A stretch of DNA of 40,082 nt from Priapulus caudatus (GCF_000485595.1 NW_014577078.1:733867-773948); one strand, 5' to 3'; positions 22,601 through 34,051 are shown, numbered from the stretch's first letter. Translations and numbers: made by a program. The notes: a model not told the origin generated them from the letters alone.

Positions 22601-23298
22601 TGTTATATGTTTATAAGATTTTATATTTGCTTTTATATATCTCATAGACACTTATTATATTTCTTGGTTGAAGTAGCCTGAATCAGCACTTTAGGAGTTG
22701 GTAGATCAGTAAACCAACCTGTCCTACTAGCAATTGTCCCCCTTGCCACACTAGCATTCAATACTTATATACGTGTACAAGTTATATACAGCTGAAAAAT
22801 TCTATCAAGGTTGTATTGTGTTACAGCATAATAGGAAATCTTTTAATGGTAGCCTACTTTGTCACTCCGGTGTAGTGCGTGGAATGTTTGTGACACTCAT
22901 GTATGTATTGTGATGTTTTTATTCAATTCAGGCACTTCATCAACAAACTAAAGCTGATCTGGACAAGGTATGAGTTGCTCATAAAAGTGATGGTTTATTT
23001 GTGGTGATTCCTGTTTTTGGTCATACCATCACTGTTTAATCACAGTGGTTTAGATATTGCAACATTGACTTGACTTGGATATTATGGAGTACAATTGTTT
23101 CGTGATACAGTCAGGTGTTGTTATTTATATGAGTTGTAGCATCGCATCAAAATTCTGTTCATGTTGTCTTAGCTGTGATGTTGTGATTGGATTCTAGCGG
23201 AGGGAGGATTTAGAGCAGTGTGAAGCCAGAATTGAGCAGCTGCTGGACAGTGTTGAGGTACTTAGATGGTCTCGTAGTAATGATTCAATGTTCACGCT

Positions 23299-23331
<33 letters not shown>

Positions 23332-26300
23332 ATGCATGGGTGCGTGCGTGCATGTGTGAGTGTGTATGGATGTGTGCGTGTGTGGGTATGAGCCTGAGTG
23401 TGTGTACAGCTACGTTTATTTGCATGGCTACTTTAGTAAGCCAAATGGCATAATTGGCTTTTATATTACAATAGTTAACATTTACTAGTGTGTAACGTAA
23501 CTTCTGTGCTATTGTAGCCGTATATTGGTTGAGTCATTTTATCAGTGCATGTAAATTTTTGTGTTTGTTTTGTTCGATTAATTAACTATGGAGTAATTGA
23601 TTTGCGGAGAGTGAGTGTTATTACCTCCGCCAGGGGCTTGGCGGGGGTTATGTTTTCACCGGCGTGTGTTAGAGTGTTGGTTTGTGGGTTTGTGGGTTTG
23701 TTAACATGCACGTTTCAGTTCACTTCCGCTAGGTGCGCTGGCTGTAGACTTACAATCACGCAACCACAGGCTAAGGGGCAACCACAGTCCTCCCCCACCT
23801 GCACGCTCGCACTAATCCGGATCCAATTAATTATTTAATTAATTAATTAATTAATTAATTTTTCCACTTAATTAATTAATTAATTAATAAAAAATTTCAC
23901 ATTGAGAGAATTCAGCTGCCTTGGCGGAGGTCTGTGCTCTCCGAGTGCTCTAGTTATTTTTGTGACCATCATTTATGATTAATTTTGAGCTTTCTCTCCT
24001 CATTTCATAGAAACTGATTATGGAAAAAAAAGACCTAGAAGATTTGTTGAAATATTACACTGACAGAGATGAATGGTAAATATCACTCTTTATTACGCAC
24101 TATATTCATTGCTCTTACTGTGAATGCGATAGGTGTACAGTCTACAATTACAGTAACAGTTACAGTATTAGTCTACAGTTCGTGTGACAGTGCTTATTAT
24201 CAACCCTAATTGTCTATTGCTTATTCATCCGTGCAGAAATCATTTAGCAAATTCGTGACTGACGTTACAAAACAAACGTTTGCACTATTACATTATATAA
24301 ATTCTTATTTCATACTTTTAGTAGTATGGATAGGGCGGATAGAAGTCTGTTGGAGAACGATAGGAGCCACACTTCAGTTGTGTCTATGATGCTGGAATCC
24401 GAAAACAAACTCGAGGGTGTATGTTGCATGCCATCCCTACGAATGGAACTTGAAGATTTTGTGAGCGAATCCTAACGGTTGAATAGCTTCGTTTTGAACC
24501 TGCACGTCGTTTCACACTAATGTTATGTCTATGTGTTATGTGAAATTCCAGCGACTAGCTGTTAATTGAGCCGTTAATCAGGTCGTTCGTTAATCATGTC
24601 AAAACCCGGAAAAAAAATATTTTATCGGTTGAATTTAAGGTGGGTGTAACCACGGAGGCATAATGTAGATAGACACACCACTTAATCTAATCCCCACATT
24701 ATTCCTAACAATAATAGTTTGTATCGAAATAATATGACATCTAGCAAATGCATTCTCACTCTTGTGGCATAAGGTATTCCCCTGCAGTCTACATATCATT
24801 AGGGAGTGAAAATGTTAGCAGCAAGTATCAATATTGATATTAATATTGTATTTTATAATCTATTAGGAACTGAAAAGGTTTTAGAAACTATGCGAGGCAG
24901 GGAGTATAATTAATACCAATTATTTTTTGCTTCATGGGAATGTTAACTCTTAGTCTTGGTAAAGAAATACGACTATCAATAATTATCAGCCAGCAGGTGG
25001 CGTTATAAGACGAGTCTGATTTTCTGGTGATGACGTGGGTTGTAACCATAGGTACGGAGGAACCAGGAACTGCCGTCACCATTTTGCGAGAAGCCAGCTG
25101 ATTCTGGCAATGTCTCCCTCGATTCTTCGTCGACACACTCTTTGGCTCCTCTCACGCCGGAGGCCATCTCGCAAGGACGGAGAGAGGCAAGTGTCAATAG
25201 CATGGTAACAATTTTGTTGGGGGATGGGGGGGGGTTGCCGACAAGGATTTTATGTGTAGTAGTACAGAGAACTAAAGCTGCCAGGGTCTATGTCTCCCTG
25301 GGTACGGTCCGGTATACCGGAACATACCCTGGTACTATCTAATATGCCGGACTGTACCTCGCCTACTCCACTAACGAGTCTAGGGAGTCGCCTACGCCTA
25401 CTCCCTAACCCTAACCCTAACCCTAACCATATCAGATAGTTACCAGGGTACGTTCCGGCAGTACCCAGGTAGACATAGACCCTATCAGCAGAACTAAAAC
25501 ATTGATGTATATTCTTGTGGCATTGTGATATTTTAGGGTGATCACTGTCTCGCTCTTATTGCATTCATAGTAATGAGTAATTTATTATTGCTTTTTTGTA
25601 GCTGAGAAATGATGTAAAGCGTACAGTTTTTGAACACAGTCAAGAAGTAAGGTAAGAGTAATTGTTGATTCTGATAATAGGTTTTTGCATAACGATAATG
25701 TCATTGTGATGTTAAGATTGCAACAGCCATCATAAACAGTCCCACCACCAGGGTAATAATAATTCATTTTCCTTGCTTATAGCAAAATTTATTGTCATTA
25801 AAATCATTAAACTATTACATGTTATAATATCGTAATACCGGCTAATTTTTCACTTTTGGCACAATGAATATGCTTTCATGTGTCCATCAGTCAATATGTC
25901 CCATGAGTTGCTATATAATTGAATCATTTTTTAGATTGCCGGAAGCTGTGGGCGTGATAGAGAAGCCTAGCGATGAACTGAATTCAAGGTAAGCTGGAGT
26001 TGAATCAGAATGTAGTGAGACTCTGTACTTTTATATTATTGATCAGAAGTGTATTGATTTTTGAGTATATTCATGAAGACAACTGTGGCAGTTCTGACTC
26101 GCAATCATTTCCAAGAAAATATCGTGAGGTATACTTAAGCATAAAGCCATGTAACTTTAGCTCATTGCTTCGTTACTGTGTAAGACGCAGCGATATCAAA
26201 GCTCGTGTCATAGACCGATGTTAACATTTCGATGAGGGAAAGTGTCCGTTGATAAACTCTGTACACTTTTTCCTCTTGCATTCATTTGTCAGTGTCTGTG

Positions 26301-27037
26301 ATGACAACGACAGCAAGGAAGGACCCTGTGACCAATCAGAGGTGCTGAGTACACGTAGCGATGATGAGTCAAAGGCGGGACAACGCGGCAATGACGAAGA
26401 CAAGTCGGCATCGCGCGGTGATGCTGAGAAGCTTTCGTGCAGCGACGACGAGGGAGGGACAGCTCTGCTACATAGCAACAACAACAACATGGATGCAGTG
26501 TCACGCTGCAACGACGAAAGAGGGACAGCTCTGCTACATAGCAACAACAACAACATGGATGCAGTGTCACACTGCGACGACGAGGGAGGGACAGCTCTGC
26601 TACATAGCAACAACAACAACATGGATGCAGTGTCACGCTGCAACGAAGAAGGCAAGACAGTCGCGTGCGGCCATGACAAACGCAATAATGCGGCATGCAG
26701 CGATGATGATGATGCCAACGACGGGGCATGCGGCAATGACAAAGACAATAATGCGGAATGTAGCGATGACGACGCAAACGCCGTGGCATGCGGCAATGAC
26801 AAAGTCAACGAAGTGGCGTGTGGTGATGACAAAGGCAAGTCGGTGAGCCATGGCGATGGCAAGGGCATGAAAGGGCTTCTGTCCCGCATATTGAGGGTGA
26901 TCGATGTTGGCACGGCACTGCGCATTGCCTGCCTCCTGCTCGTGGCTGGCTACCTCGCATGGCTGTGTCAGGGCAATGGAACTCGTCTCATCATGAGCCA
27001 TGTCCGGCTGACACAGTACGGTCCGCATCCCATTTAG
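16649..27037 (+). CDS. KASH5: KASH5/CCDC155-LRMP family outer nuclear membrane KASH protein, ~16 exons, ~714 aa; exon 7 donor disturbed in this allele
   Basis: Phase-consistent exons: 16649-16793 (or -16826), 17179-17291, 18345-18463, 18711-18745, 19007-19073, 19993-20151, 20442-20610, 22407-22484, 22932-22967, 23198-23257, 24011-24075, 24322-24418, 25052-25204, 25602-25651, 25935-25988, 26293-27037 (sum 2145 nt). All introns are GT-AG once the 68-bp insert after 20610 is removed. EF-hand-like EEDLIDSVFLMCDVKKEGEVDVSMLL...YKSGIKHWI; coiled coil DLLTRNADLEFSNARLSEVNSELEAQI; TM followed by ...HVRLTQYGPHPI*. The true 5' end and exon 25052-25204 are less certain; the symbol denotes family resemblance, not proven orthology. 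Confidence 0.8.
17059..17134. mobile_element. 76-bp loopless palindromic MITE with TAG...CTA ends and 9-bp TSD (AcademH-like)
   Basis: TAGCTCTAGAACTATAGCCC...GGGCTATAGTACTAGAGCTA; GTTGGTAGT at 17050-17058 and 17135-17143. Confidence 0.75.
17342..17387. mobile_element. 46-bp CAAGAG...CTCTTG palindrome with 7-bp TSD, putative P-type footprint
   Basis: 23-bp arms with 1 mismatch; ATCACAT at 17335-17341 and 17388-17394. Confidence 0.65.
17398..17716. mobile_element. CAG...CTG MITE with 6-bp TSD (hAT6-like)
   Basis: Imperfect TIR CAGGGTGCAAAATTAA/TTGATTTCTACCCCTG; CATATA on both sides; internal GGAGTCC/GGACTCC subterminal repeats. Confidence 0.7.
19529..19897. mobile_element. CAG...CTG MITE with 6-bp TSD (hAT6-like)
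   Basis: TIR CAGTGCGTGAAATTAGC/GCTAATTTCATGCCCTG; AAACTC on both sides; GGGCCTGTT subterminal repeats. Confidence 0.8.
20247..20485 (+). repeat. 120-bp tandem duplication spanning a splice acceptor
   Basis: 20247-20365 and 20367-20485 differ by only a few substitutions. Confidence 0.95.
20912..22240. mobile_element. Nested TIR element with telomere-like internal repeats
   Basis: GGCTACGGGTACG/CGTACCCGTAGCC ends; inner inverted GCCGTATCTTAATGTCTCGA; degenerate TTAGGG at 22061-22128; no TSD seen. Confidence 0.65.
21181..22040 (-). mobile_element. Non-autonomous Helitron
   Basis: Minus strand begins TCTTATAT (22040) and ends with a GC hairpin (21197-21212) about 12 nt before CTAG (21181-21184); sits between A and T with no TSD. 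Confidence 0.65.
23620..23955 (+). mobile_element. Helentron-associated non-autonomous element (HINE/DINE-1-like)
   Basis: Subterminal inverted repeat ACCTCCGCCA (23623)/TGGCGGAGGT (23922), 3' stem-loop then CTAGTT, internal simple repeats, T-rich flanks. Confidence 0.7.
25277..25489. mobile_element. MULE/MuDR-type MITE with internal (TAACCC)n
   Basis: Long TIRs GCTG..AGGGTCTATGTCT..CTGGGTAC; 9-bp TSD AGAACTAAA at 25268-25276 and 25490-25498. Confidence 0.85.
26444..26650 (+). repeat. Coding 66-bp (22-aa) tandem repeat x3
   Basis: AGCTCTGCTACATAGCAAC at 26461, 26527 and 26593; peptide CxDExGTALLHSNNNNMDAVSx. Confidence 0.95.
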
Positions 27038-27655
27038 ATCAGACCATGCATTGTCCGACGATGACCCTGCAGTGATGATCGATTTGACTACTAAATGATT
27101 ATCAATATGCTCTTATTTCCTGTAAAGTGGAAGCTTTCATACCGTATATATGGCTCCTTAGAGAAGCAAGTGCTCTTGAATGTGAGATTTTTCAAAGTGA
27201 TATGTTAAGCAGGCCTGCATCTCAAACTATTGCGAGTTCAAAGTATGCTCTTGTTTAGGTTGACGAGGTGATTAGTAATAAGCTATGTATGTTAGTATGA
27301 CTATTAATTTAATATATAACATGGTACACTGAGTGCGCTTAGTATCACTGTTAGTTTGAAGCTGTGTCAAATTACAGTGGATGTACAACTTGGTTTTTTC
27401 TAACTATATTAATTTTTGAAGATCTGTAAAGTTTTTATGTTGTATAAGTTTTTGTATTACTCCAAATATAACACTTTAAGTATTAATTCATTGTAATTTA
27501 TTTTATTTAGCATAAGAGGTTTAACGTTTAATATATTAAATACTAAAGTGCATAGTTCTACAAAGGGCATTGCGTTTTCTAATAACAAATGACAACAAAT
27601 TGACGCATATAATGCATAATTTATTTTGTAATGAAAATATTATTTTCTAAACCGT

Positions 27656-27661
27656 AATAAA
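27656..27661 (+). promoter_or_regulatory. Candidate polyadenylation signal of the KASH gene
   Basis: AATAAA ~620 nt after the stop in an AT-rich region; an ATTAAA lies at 27535-27540. Confidence 0.3.
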
Positions 27662-28054
27662 TGTAAAAAATATAATTTAAACTGATATTTGCCTTTTTTG
27701 TTAACTTTAAGGTTACCTACTAGTACATTTTGCTGCTTATCTATGTATGATACAAAATTCTTTACAATGCCATGTGAAGGATGTACGCATGTATAACATT
27801 GTATAATGTAACACCACAATGTATAAAAATGTGTATATATAGACTGATATGGGTGCCATCGTGTATGGTTGGCCATCGTACTCAGAAATAATTATTTTTA
27901 CCGCTAAAATATAATTTATAAAATATAACATTTAAAAAAAAAATTATAAATAATAATTTAACCGCGGTATAATTATTGGCCTTTTATCCAATCAGAGGTC
28001 GTGTTACACATAAGGAAGAGAGAGAAAAAGATAGGGAGAGGAATTCGTAATAGT

Positions 28055-28120
28055 AGGTGTGCGTAGTAGTGATTAGATCGCTAGACTGACATCTATAAAA
28101 CCTGGGTTCGAATCCTCGTA
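28055..28120 (+). mobile_element. Decayed tRNA-derived SINE head or tRNA pseudogene
   Basis: Perfect Pol III B box GGTTCGAATCC at 28105-28115 with a degenerate A-box region upstream; no acceptor stem. Confidence 0.4.
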
Positions 28121-28384
28121 AATTCTCTGCTGAAATCTATTATATGTATTATAGGCGTAAATTCACATTTTGTGCCTAGGAGGGGGGGGGGTGAAAAAGA
28201 GAGAAAGGATTAGAAAGAAAAGAAAGAGGAATAGGAATTGTCGCGTCCGTAATGTAATATGTTTGTGCATGTGCCTACAATAAACGTACTGCGTACCTGT
28301 GCATGTGTGCGTCCATGCCTGTGTGTGGGCCGTATGTGTATTGGTACGTGCGTTTGTATGTGCGTGCGTGAAGAGAAATATTGC

Positions 28385-28511
28385 GAGAGAGAGAGAATGC
28401 GTGAGGGAGAGAGAGAGAAAGGGCGAGAGTCATGGAGAGGGAGAGGGAGAGAGAGAGAAAGGGCGAGAGTCATGGAGAGGGAGAGGGAGAGGGTGAGCGA
28501 GAAGGCGAGAG
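28385..28511. repeat. GA-rich tract containing a 40-bp tandem duplication (28411-28490)
   Basis: GAGAGAGAAAGGGCGAGAGTCATGGAGAGGGAGAGGGAGA x2. Confidence 0.85.
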
Positions 28512-28610
28512 AAGTAACTATTATTAGAAGGAATTTGTGCATCCGTGTCTGTGTGTGTGACTGCGCATGCGTTTGCACATCTCCGGCTGCATTCCTCCCT
28601 CACCCCCCCC

Positions 28611-28961
28611 CTCTCCCCCGCTTGCGGATAGTATCGCCCGCGGCATCAGGTGCACGGGGAAAAGTTAGCCAGACAAATGGCTGGTTTTCAGTTTCAACAT
28701 TTTCACCCCACCCCAAAGCACAAAATATGGAGATACGGCTATAATACGCGTTTTTACAGTCACACAATCACACATACACACACGCGACCGGGCGCGCACA
28801 CGCGGGTAAGGTTGCACGCACGCGTGCGCGTGTATTATAGGTGTAAATTCAAATTTTGTGCCTCGGGGGTGAAAAAGTTTCAGCTGAAATACGGTCATTT
28901 GGCTGGCAAACTTTTCACCGTGCGACTGATGCCGTGGACGATACTATCCGCGAGAGGAGAG
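28611..28961. mobile_element. MITE with ~110-bp imperfect TIRs
   Basis: GCGGATAGTATCG..CGGCATCAG..GCACGG..AAAAGTT versus its inverse at ~28850-28961. Confidence 0.75.
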
Positions 28962-29599
28962 TAATAGTCCACTAGCCACCCCCATGTCTTCTTTATTGAA
29001 CCTAGAAATGTTGAGTACTATAAGGTTTTATGTTGGAAATGCAATATACAGGTCATAAGGACTCAGAAACTGCCGGATGCTAATTTGCATATGTGTAGCA
29101 TTTTGCTTAATCGGCCTAATTAGCATATTAATTAGGTCAAATCACAAAAATCAAGAATATTTTCTTAGTAATCCACATAGAGACTTCATTCGTGTGTCTA
29201 GACCCATGTTTTCGACACTAAGCAATTGATCTGGCATGGATCAAACCCCTACCATCCTTCCGACTGCAGAAATCCAATATGGTGCATGCATAATGAGGTA
29301 AACCGAAAATCACCATAACTGAAAACTGTTGGAAGATAGAGACTTTGTTTTGATGTTTAGACCCATGTTCTTAACACCAAGGATTCCATCGTCTATAGAA
29401 CTTATATATTTAACAGTAAGTTATATTATTATAAAAAGTTAAATATTATGATGCAGCTAGATCATGGAATACATAGATGAACCACAACACCATCAAACTA
29501 CTTACTATTCGCCTTCTCTTCATGTTGTGATATTCTCTCCAGTCTCAGATCCTCTTCTCCTTCCTTCTGCTCTTATATCCTTCTTCAGCATCATCTCGT

Positions 29600-30984
29600 T
29601 GTGTCAGTGAGTTACAACACTCATTTCTCCTTCACAACACAGTAGCTGGTACATGACAATCATTTGCTGCACAACCACACTTCCTGCTGCAGGCATTTCC
29701 CTCTGCTCGGCAGCTGCAGCAATGACGTCCATGAGGTTTTTTGGTGCGGTAGGTTCTTTTGACAGCACTGGTACCACTTCATCATTATAAGGTAACTTCC
29801 CATCCATAGTTAGTGATTTGGACAGCAGGAGGGTCAGCCTTGTCTGCAGCCTTCCATAGCATCATTTGGAGATGTGCTCTCCGGATAGGGAGTCTCAGGT
29901 TGATGTCTGTTGGTGGAAGGGACTTCACGGATGGAGGATTCTTTTGCTTGCGATAAATCTCGTACCTGGAAGCATTCATTGACGTGCATTTTTTCTGGCC
30001 ATATAAATGTAGGAAGAAGGCTTTTCCAGTTGCCATCAGGTTACTGTCAGTGGCATCGTCCTTTCCAAGAACTGAGTCTAGTCCAGCAATATTGGTCTGG
30101 TTGAGCACTTTCAGGGCGGACACTTTCCCTTTCCCATTAGGATAGGACACAGTGTCACAGCCTGAGAGTGCGTGCATTCCCAATATTTTCTTGCATTTCT
30201 TCCCGAGCTTGGTGACAGTGGCATTGATGTCAAGCACGGATCCATCCCACTTTTCCATTTGAACATGGCATGATACTCCATCTTTCCAGCACCAGTACAC
30301 GAGCAGCGCGAATACATCTGCGTCATCACTAAGGATGCGCACAGTCCGAGCTCCCACCGATGCAGCACGAAGCATGTAGCTGATGAGAGATACGTCTGCT
30401 TCATCATGATGCACAATACTGTTGGCTTGGCTCACAAGTTCAATGTTGCTACCAAGATCATGTGTGCAGAGTAGTTGTGAGAGCTGCCTGTTGTTGTTCT
30501 TGTTTTTCATGATGGCATCACGACCAGCTAGTGGTGAGTTCAGAGTCAGTTGATATGCAGTGGATCCCTCCCCGGCTCTCCTCTGCCTCTCGTGATCCTT
30601 TGCACCAATACTTTCATGCCGATCAAAGATGACATAAGTGTCTGCCCCTCTGTAGTTGATGAGGCGAGATTTTCTTCCTTCAGCAAGATCACCCACTGTA
30701 CCCGAGGATGGCCAGACATTGTGGTAAAGTAGCTGAGAGGCGTCCACCAGCAGAGTGCCAGAGGGAAGAGGGTTCCTTATGATGACGCCGAGATGTTTAA
30801 CTAGTACTGACTTGTTTCCCTTTCGGAGGAATCCATACTCGTCGATGAGTGATGGAGAAACAGGGCACAGCTCATGATGGAAGACAGCAGACAACTCAAG
30901 ATTCCTCTTCTGTCCAACGATCAGGAGACGGGCGAATAGCGTTTCCAGGTCATAGACAATTTTGTTTTTCACTTTTACACTTTT
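29600..30984 (-). pseudogene. Academ protein C-terminal half (XPG/FEN1-like nuclease region plus frameshifted Cys-rich domain)
   Basis: Motifs HELCPVSPSLIDEYGFLRKGNKS, DASQLLY..VWP, VIFDRH, HDEAD, SDDADVF, HALSGCDTVS..GKGK, LPPT...RRAHLQ..W; N-terminal DDE part absent; frameshifts below 29790. Confidence 0.85.
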
Positions 30985-31860
30985 TGATATTGGTAGCAAC
31001 ATTGAACTTGTGACCCTAGCCAACAGTATTGTGCATCATGATGAAGCAGACATATCTCTCATCAGCTACATGCTTCGTGCTGCATCGGTGGGAGCTCGGA
31101 CTGTGCGCATCCTTAGTGATGACGCAGATGTATTCGTGCTGCTCGTGTACTGGTGCTGGAAAGATGGAGTATCATGCCATGTTCAGATGGAAAAGTGGGA
31201 TGGATCCGTGCTTGACATCAATGCCACTGTCACCAAGCTCGGGAAGAAATGCAAGAAAATATTGGGAATGCACGCACTCTCAGGCTGTGACACTGTGTCC
31301 TATCCTAATGGGAAAGGGAAAGTGTCCGCCCTGAAAGTGCTCAACCAGACCAATATTGCTGGACTAGACTCAGTTCTTGGAAAGGACGATGCCACTGACA
31401 GTGACCTGATGGCAACTGGCAAAGCCTTCTTCCTACATTTATATGGCCAGAAGAAATGCACGTCAATGAATGCTTCCAGGTACGAGATTTATCGCAAGCA
31501 AAAGAATCCTCCATCCGTGAAGTCCCTTCCACCAACAGACATCAACCTGAGACTCCCTATCCGGAGAGCACATCTCCAAATGATGCTATGGAAGGCTGCA
31601 GACAAGGCTGACCCTCCTGCTGTCCAAATCACTAACTATGGATGAAAAGTTACTGTAAATGATGAAGTGGTACCAGTGATGTTAAAAGAACCTACCGCAC
31701 CAAAAAAATCATGGACGTCATTAGCTGCAAGCTGCGAGCAGAGAAATGCCTGCAGCAGGAAGTGTGGTTGTGCAGCAAATGGATTGTCATGTACCAGCTA
31801 CTATGTGTGTGAAGGAGGAAATGAGTGTTGTAACTCACTGACACAACGAGATGATGCTGA
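30985..31860 (+). pseudogene. Inverted second copy of the Academ C-terminus
   Basis: Near-identical peptide; TGG to TGA stop at 31643-31645; Cys cluster C...CSRKCGCAANGLSCTSYYVC..CCN follows after a frameshift. Confidence 0.85.
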
Positions 31861-33418
31861 AGAAGGATATAAAGAGCAGAAGGAAGGAGAAGAGGATCTA
31901 GAGACTGGAGAGAATGATCACAACCATGAAGGAAGGCGAATAGTAAGTAGTTTGATGGTGTTGGGTGTTCATCTATGTATTCCATGATCTAGCTGCATCA
32001 TAATATTTATCATTTTCATATATAATAATAACTTACTGTATAATATAGAAGTTCTATAGACGATGGAATCCTTGGTGTTAAGAACATGGGCTAAACATCA
32101 AAACAAAGTCTCTATCTTCCAACAGTTGCTCAATTATACTGCCTGATTTTACGGTTTACCTCATTATGCATGGCAGCCATATTGGATTTCTGGCAGTCGG
32201 ATAGAAGGTAGGGGTTTGAATCCATGCCAGATCAATTGCTTAGTGTCGAAAACATGGGTCTAGACAAACGAATGAAGTCTCTATGTGGATTACTAAGGAA
32301 GATATTCTTGATTTAGTGATTTGACCTAATTAATACGCTAATTAGGCCGATTATGCAAAATGCTACACATATGCAAATTAGCATCCGGCAGTTTGTGAGT
32401 CCTTATGACCTGTATATTGCATTTCCAACATAAAACCTTATAGTACTCGACATTTCTAGGTTCACTAGGCTGGCTAGTAGACTATATCCCTCCTTGCTGT
32501 GACACAATCCGTCTCGAAACCGAAGAACATAGGTGCGGACGAAAAAAACTTTAAAGTCACCGATTATCTATCCAGACCACATACATCTCACAGGAAATCG
32601 TTGGCGAAAGGGGCGGCGTGCTAGTAATAACTGCGCGAAACAATTCGATGGCCTCTCTCACTGTTAGCACACACGCGTGCGGTGCGTGTGACGATATAAA
32701 CGTCATACGCGTGTTATTATTTTGTATATGCAGGTTACTATATCGAAGGTTTAATTGCAATGTGCAGGCCTATTACAGCACAGATATTCTCATCGAACTA
32801 TTATTAACGAAAGGGGCATGCACTAGACGATATAGAAATAGAAACTATAGTGCTTACGTAAACGCAAGAAGCAGTGTTCTATGTGTGGCAGACTACTATA
32901 TGTGTGGCAGACATACTATTTTATTTTATTTTATTTTATTTTTTTATTTTTTCATTTTTATTTTTTTTATAAATTAAAAATAAATAAATAAAAATTTAAA
33001 AAATATAATAATAAAAAATAAAACATATAACTGCTGTTAAACACCGGAAAATCGCTATGGCGTCACTGGGCCACCATAGACTACCCAGTTTTAATGAGTG
33101 TAATAACATTTGCAGTGACAACGCTCTTCACGAAAACTTGTTTTGAAGTGCAATTGAAAAGTTAAACAAGTAATTTATGTTCCGCTGTGGACGTGGATTG
33201 TGTTAGACAGTTCCTAAATACAGCTCGGTTTAATCAGTGTCTAGATGGTTCTGCACAAAGCTACACATAACACAGTGGGGATGGGTTGCAAATTGTAAAA
33301 TTGTTGATACAGAAATAGTATAACCTCGGGGGCCCGTTGTCTGAAACAAACTTTATAACATTAATTTTTTTCTCACCGAACTTTTAACTTTTAACTAACA
33401 TTGAACTGTTACATGAAC

Positions 33419-33419
<1 letters not shown>

Positions 33420-33479
<60 letters not shown>
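33420..33479. repeat. (CA)n(TA)n microsatellite
   Basis: Seen directly. Confidence 0.95.
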
Positions 33480-33482
<3 letters not shown>

Positions 33483-33890
33483 TGTTTATAGATAGCATAG
33501 CGTGCCATCGATACAAACCCAGCTGGGCTTTCAAGGTGACATGCGGCCGACCAATAAAAGCAATAATGCATAAATAAATGCGATGCAACAACGCCGTCGC
33601 GTAGCAAGAAACCCCGTTACTATAGTCACTTGCTGTTATGCAAGCAATACCATGTAAATATTGTAATGGTCGAGAAAATATGAGACCGGTCAGGAAGACT
33701 GCTCTATGGAATTTACTGACAACCGCTCAATTACTACTAGTCTACGGTGGCGTCACAGTAGGACGTGACCCACGAACCGCGGAGAAAAGGGTCAGCTAGT
33801 TTCCTGTCACTTGCCATGTCCAGATCGATGAGCATGTCCGAGACTCAGATTACACTGAGTGAGTTGGAGTTGATCTAGACACAGGCACGT

Positions 33891-34051
33891 GGGCCGTTTC
33901 AATAATAAAATGAAACACAATTTGTATTTATAACGAAAGTCTTAATGTTTAATTATGTATTTTCTATCGTCCAGAAATCTCACGTAAATTTCGTTCAAAA
34001 ACTCCACTGCAACACAAAATCCCGCCGCACGCGCTCTTACTGAAACGGCCC
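33891..34051. mobile_element. Possible small Harbinger-like MITE
   Basis: 15-bp inverted ends GGGCCGTTTCA(A/G)TAA; no TSD found. Confidence 0.4.

Larger units (their letters stand above)
28965..32484. mobile_element. Fold-back (inverted duplication) Academ/AcademX transposon derivative
   Basis: TAGTC(C/T)ACTAGCCA termini; arms 28965-30460 and 30985-32484 are inverted copies around a 524-bp spacer; both arms encode the Academ C-terminal domains. Confidence 0.88.

Noticed and set aside
28055..28120. Functional tRNA gene
   Set aside because: B box present but no acceptor stem or intact D arm.
29785..31023. Intact 412-aa host nuclease gene
   Set aside because: The first residues come from the opposite arm read antisense, the C-terminus is frameshifted, and it lies within Academ termini.
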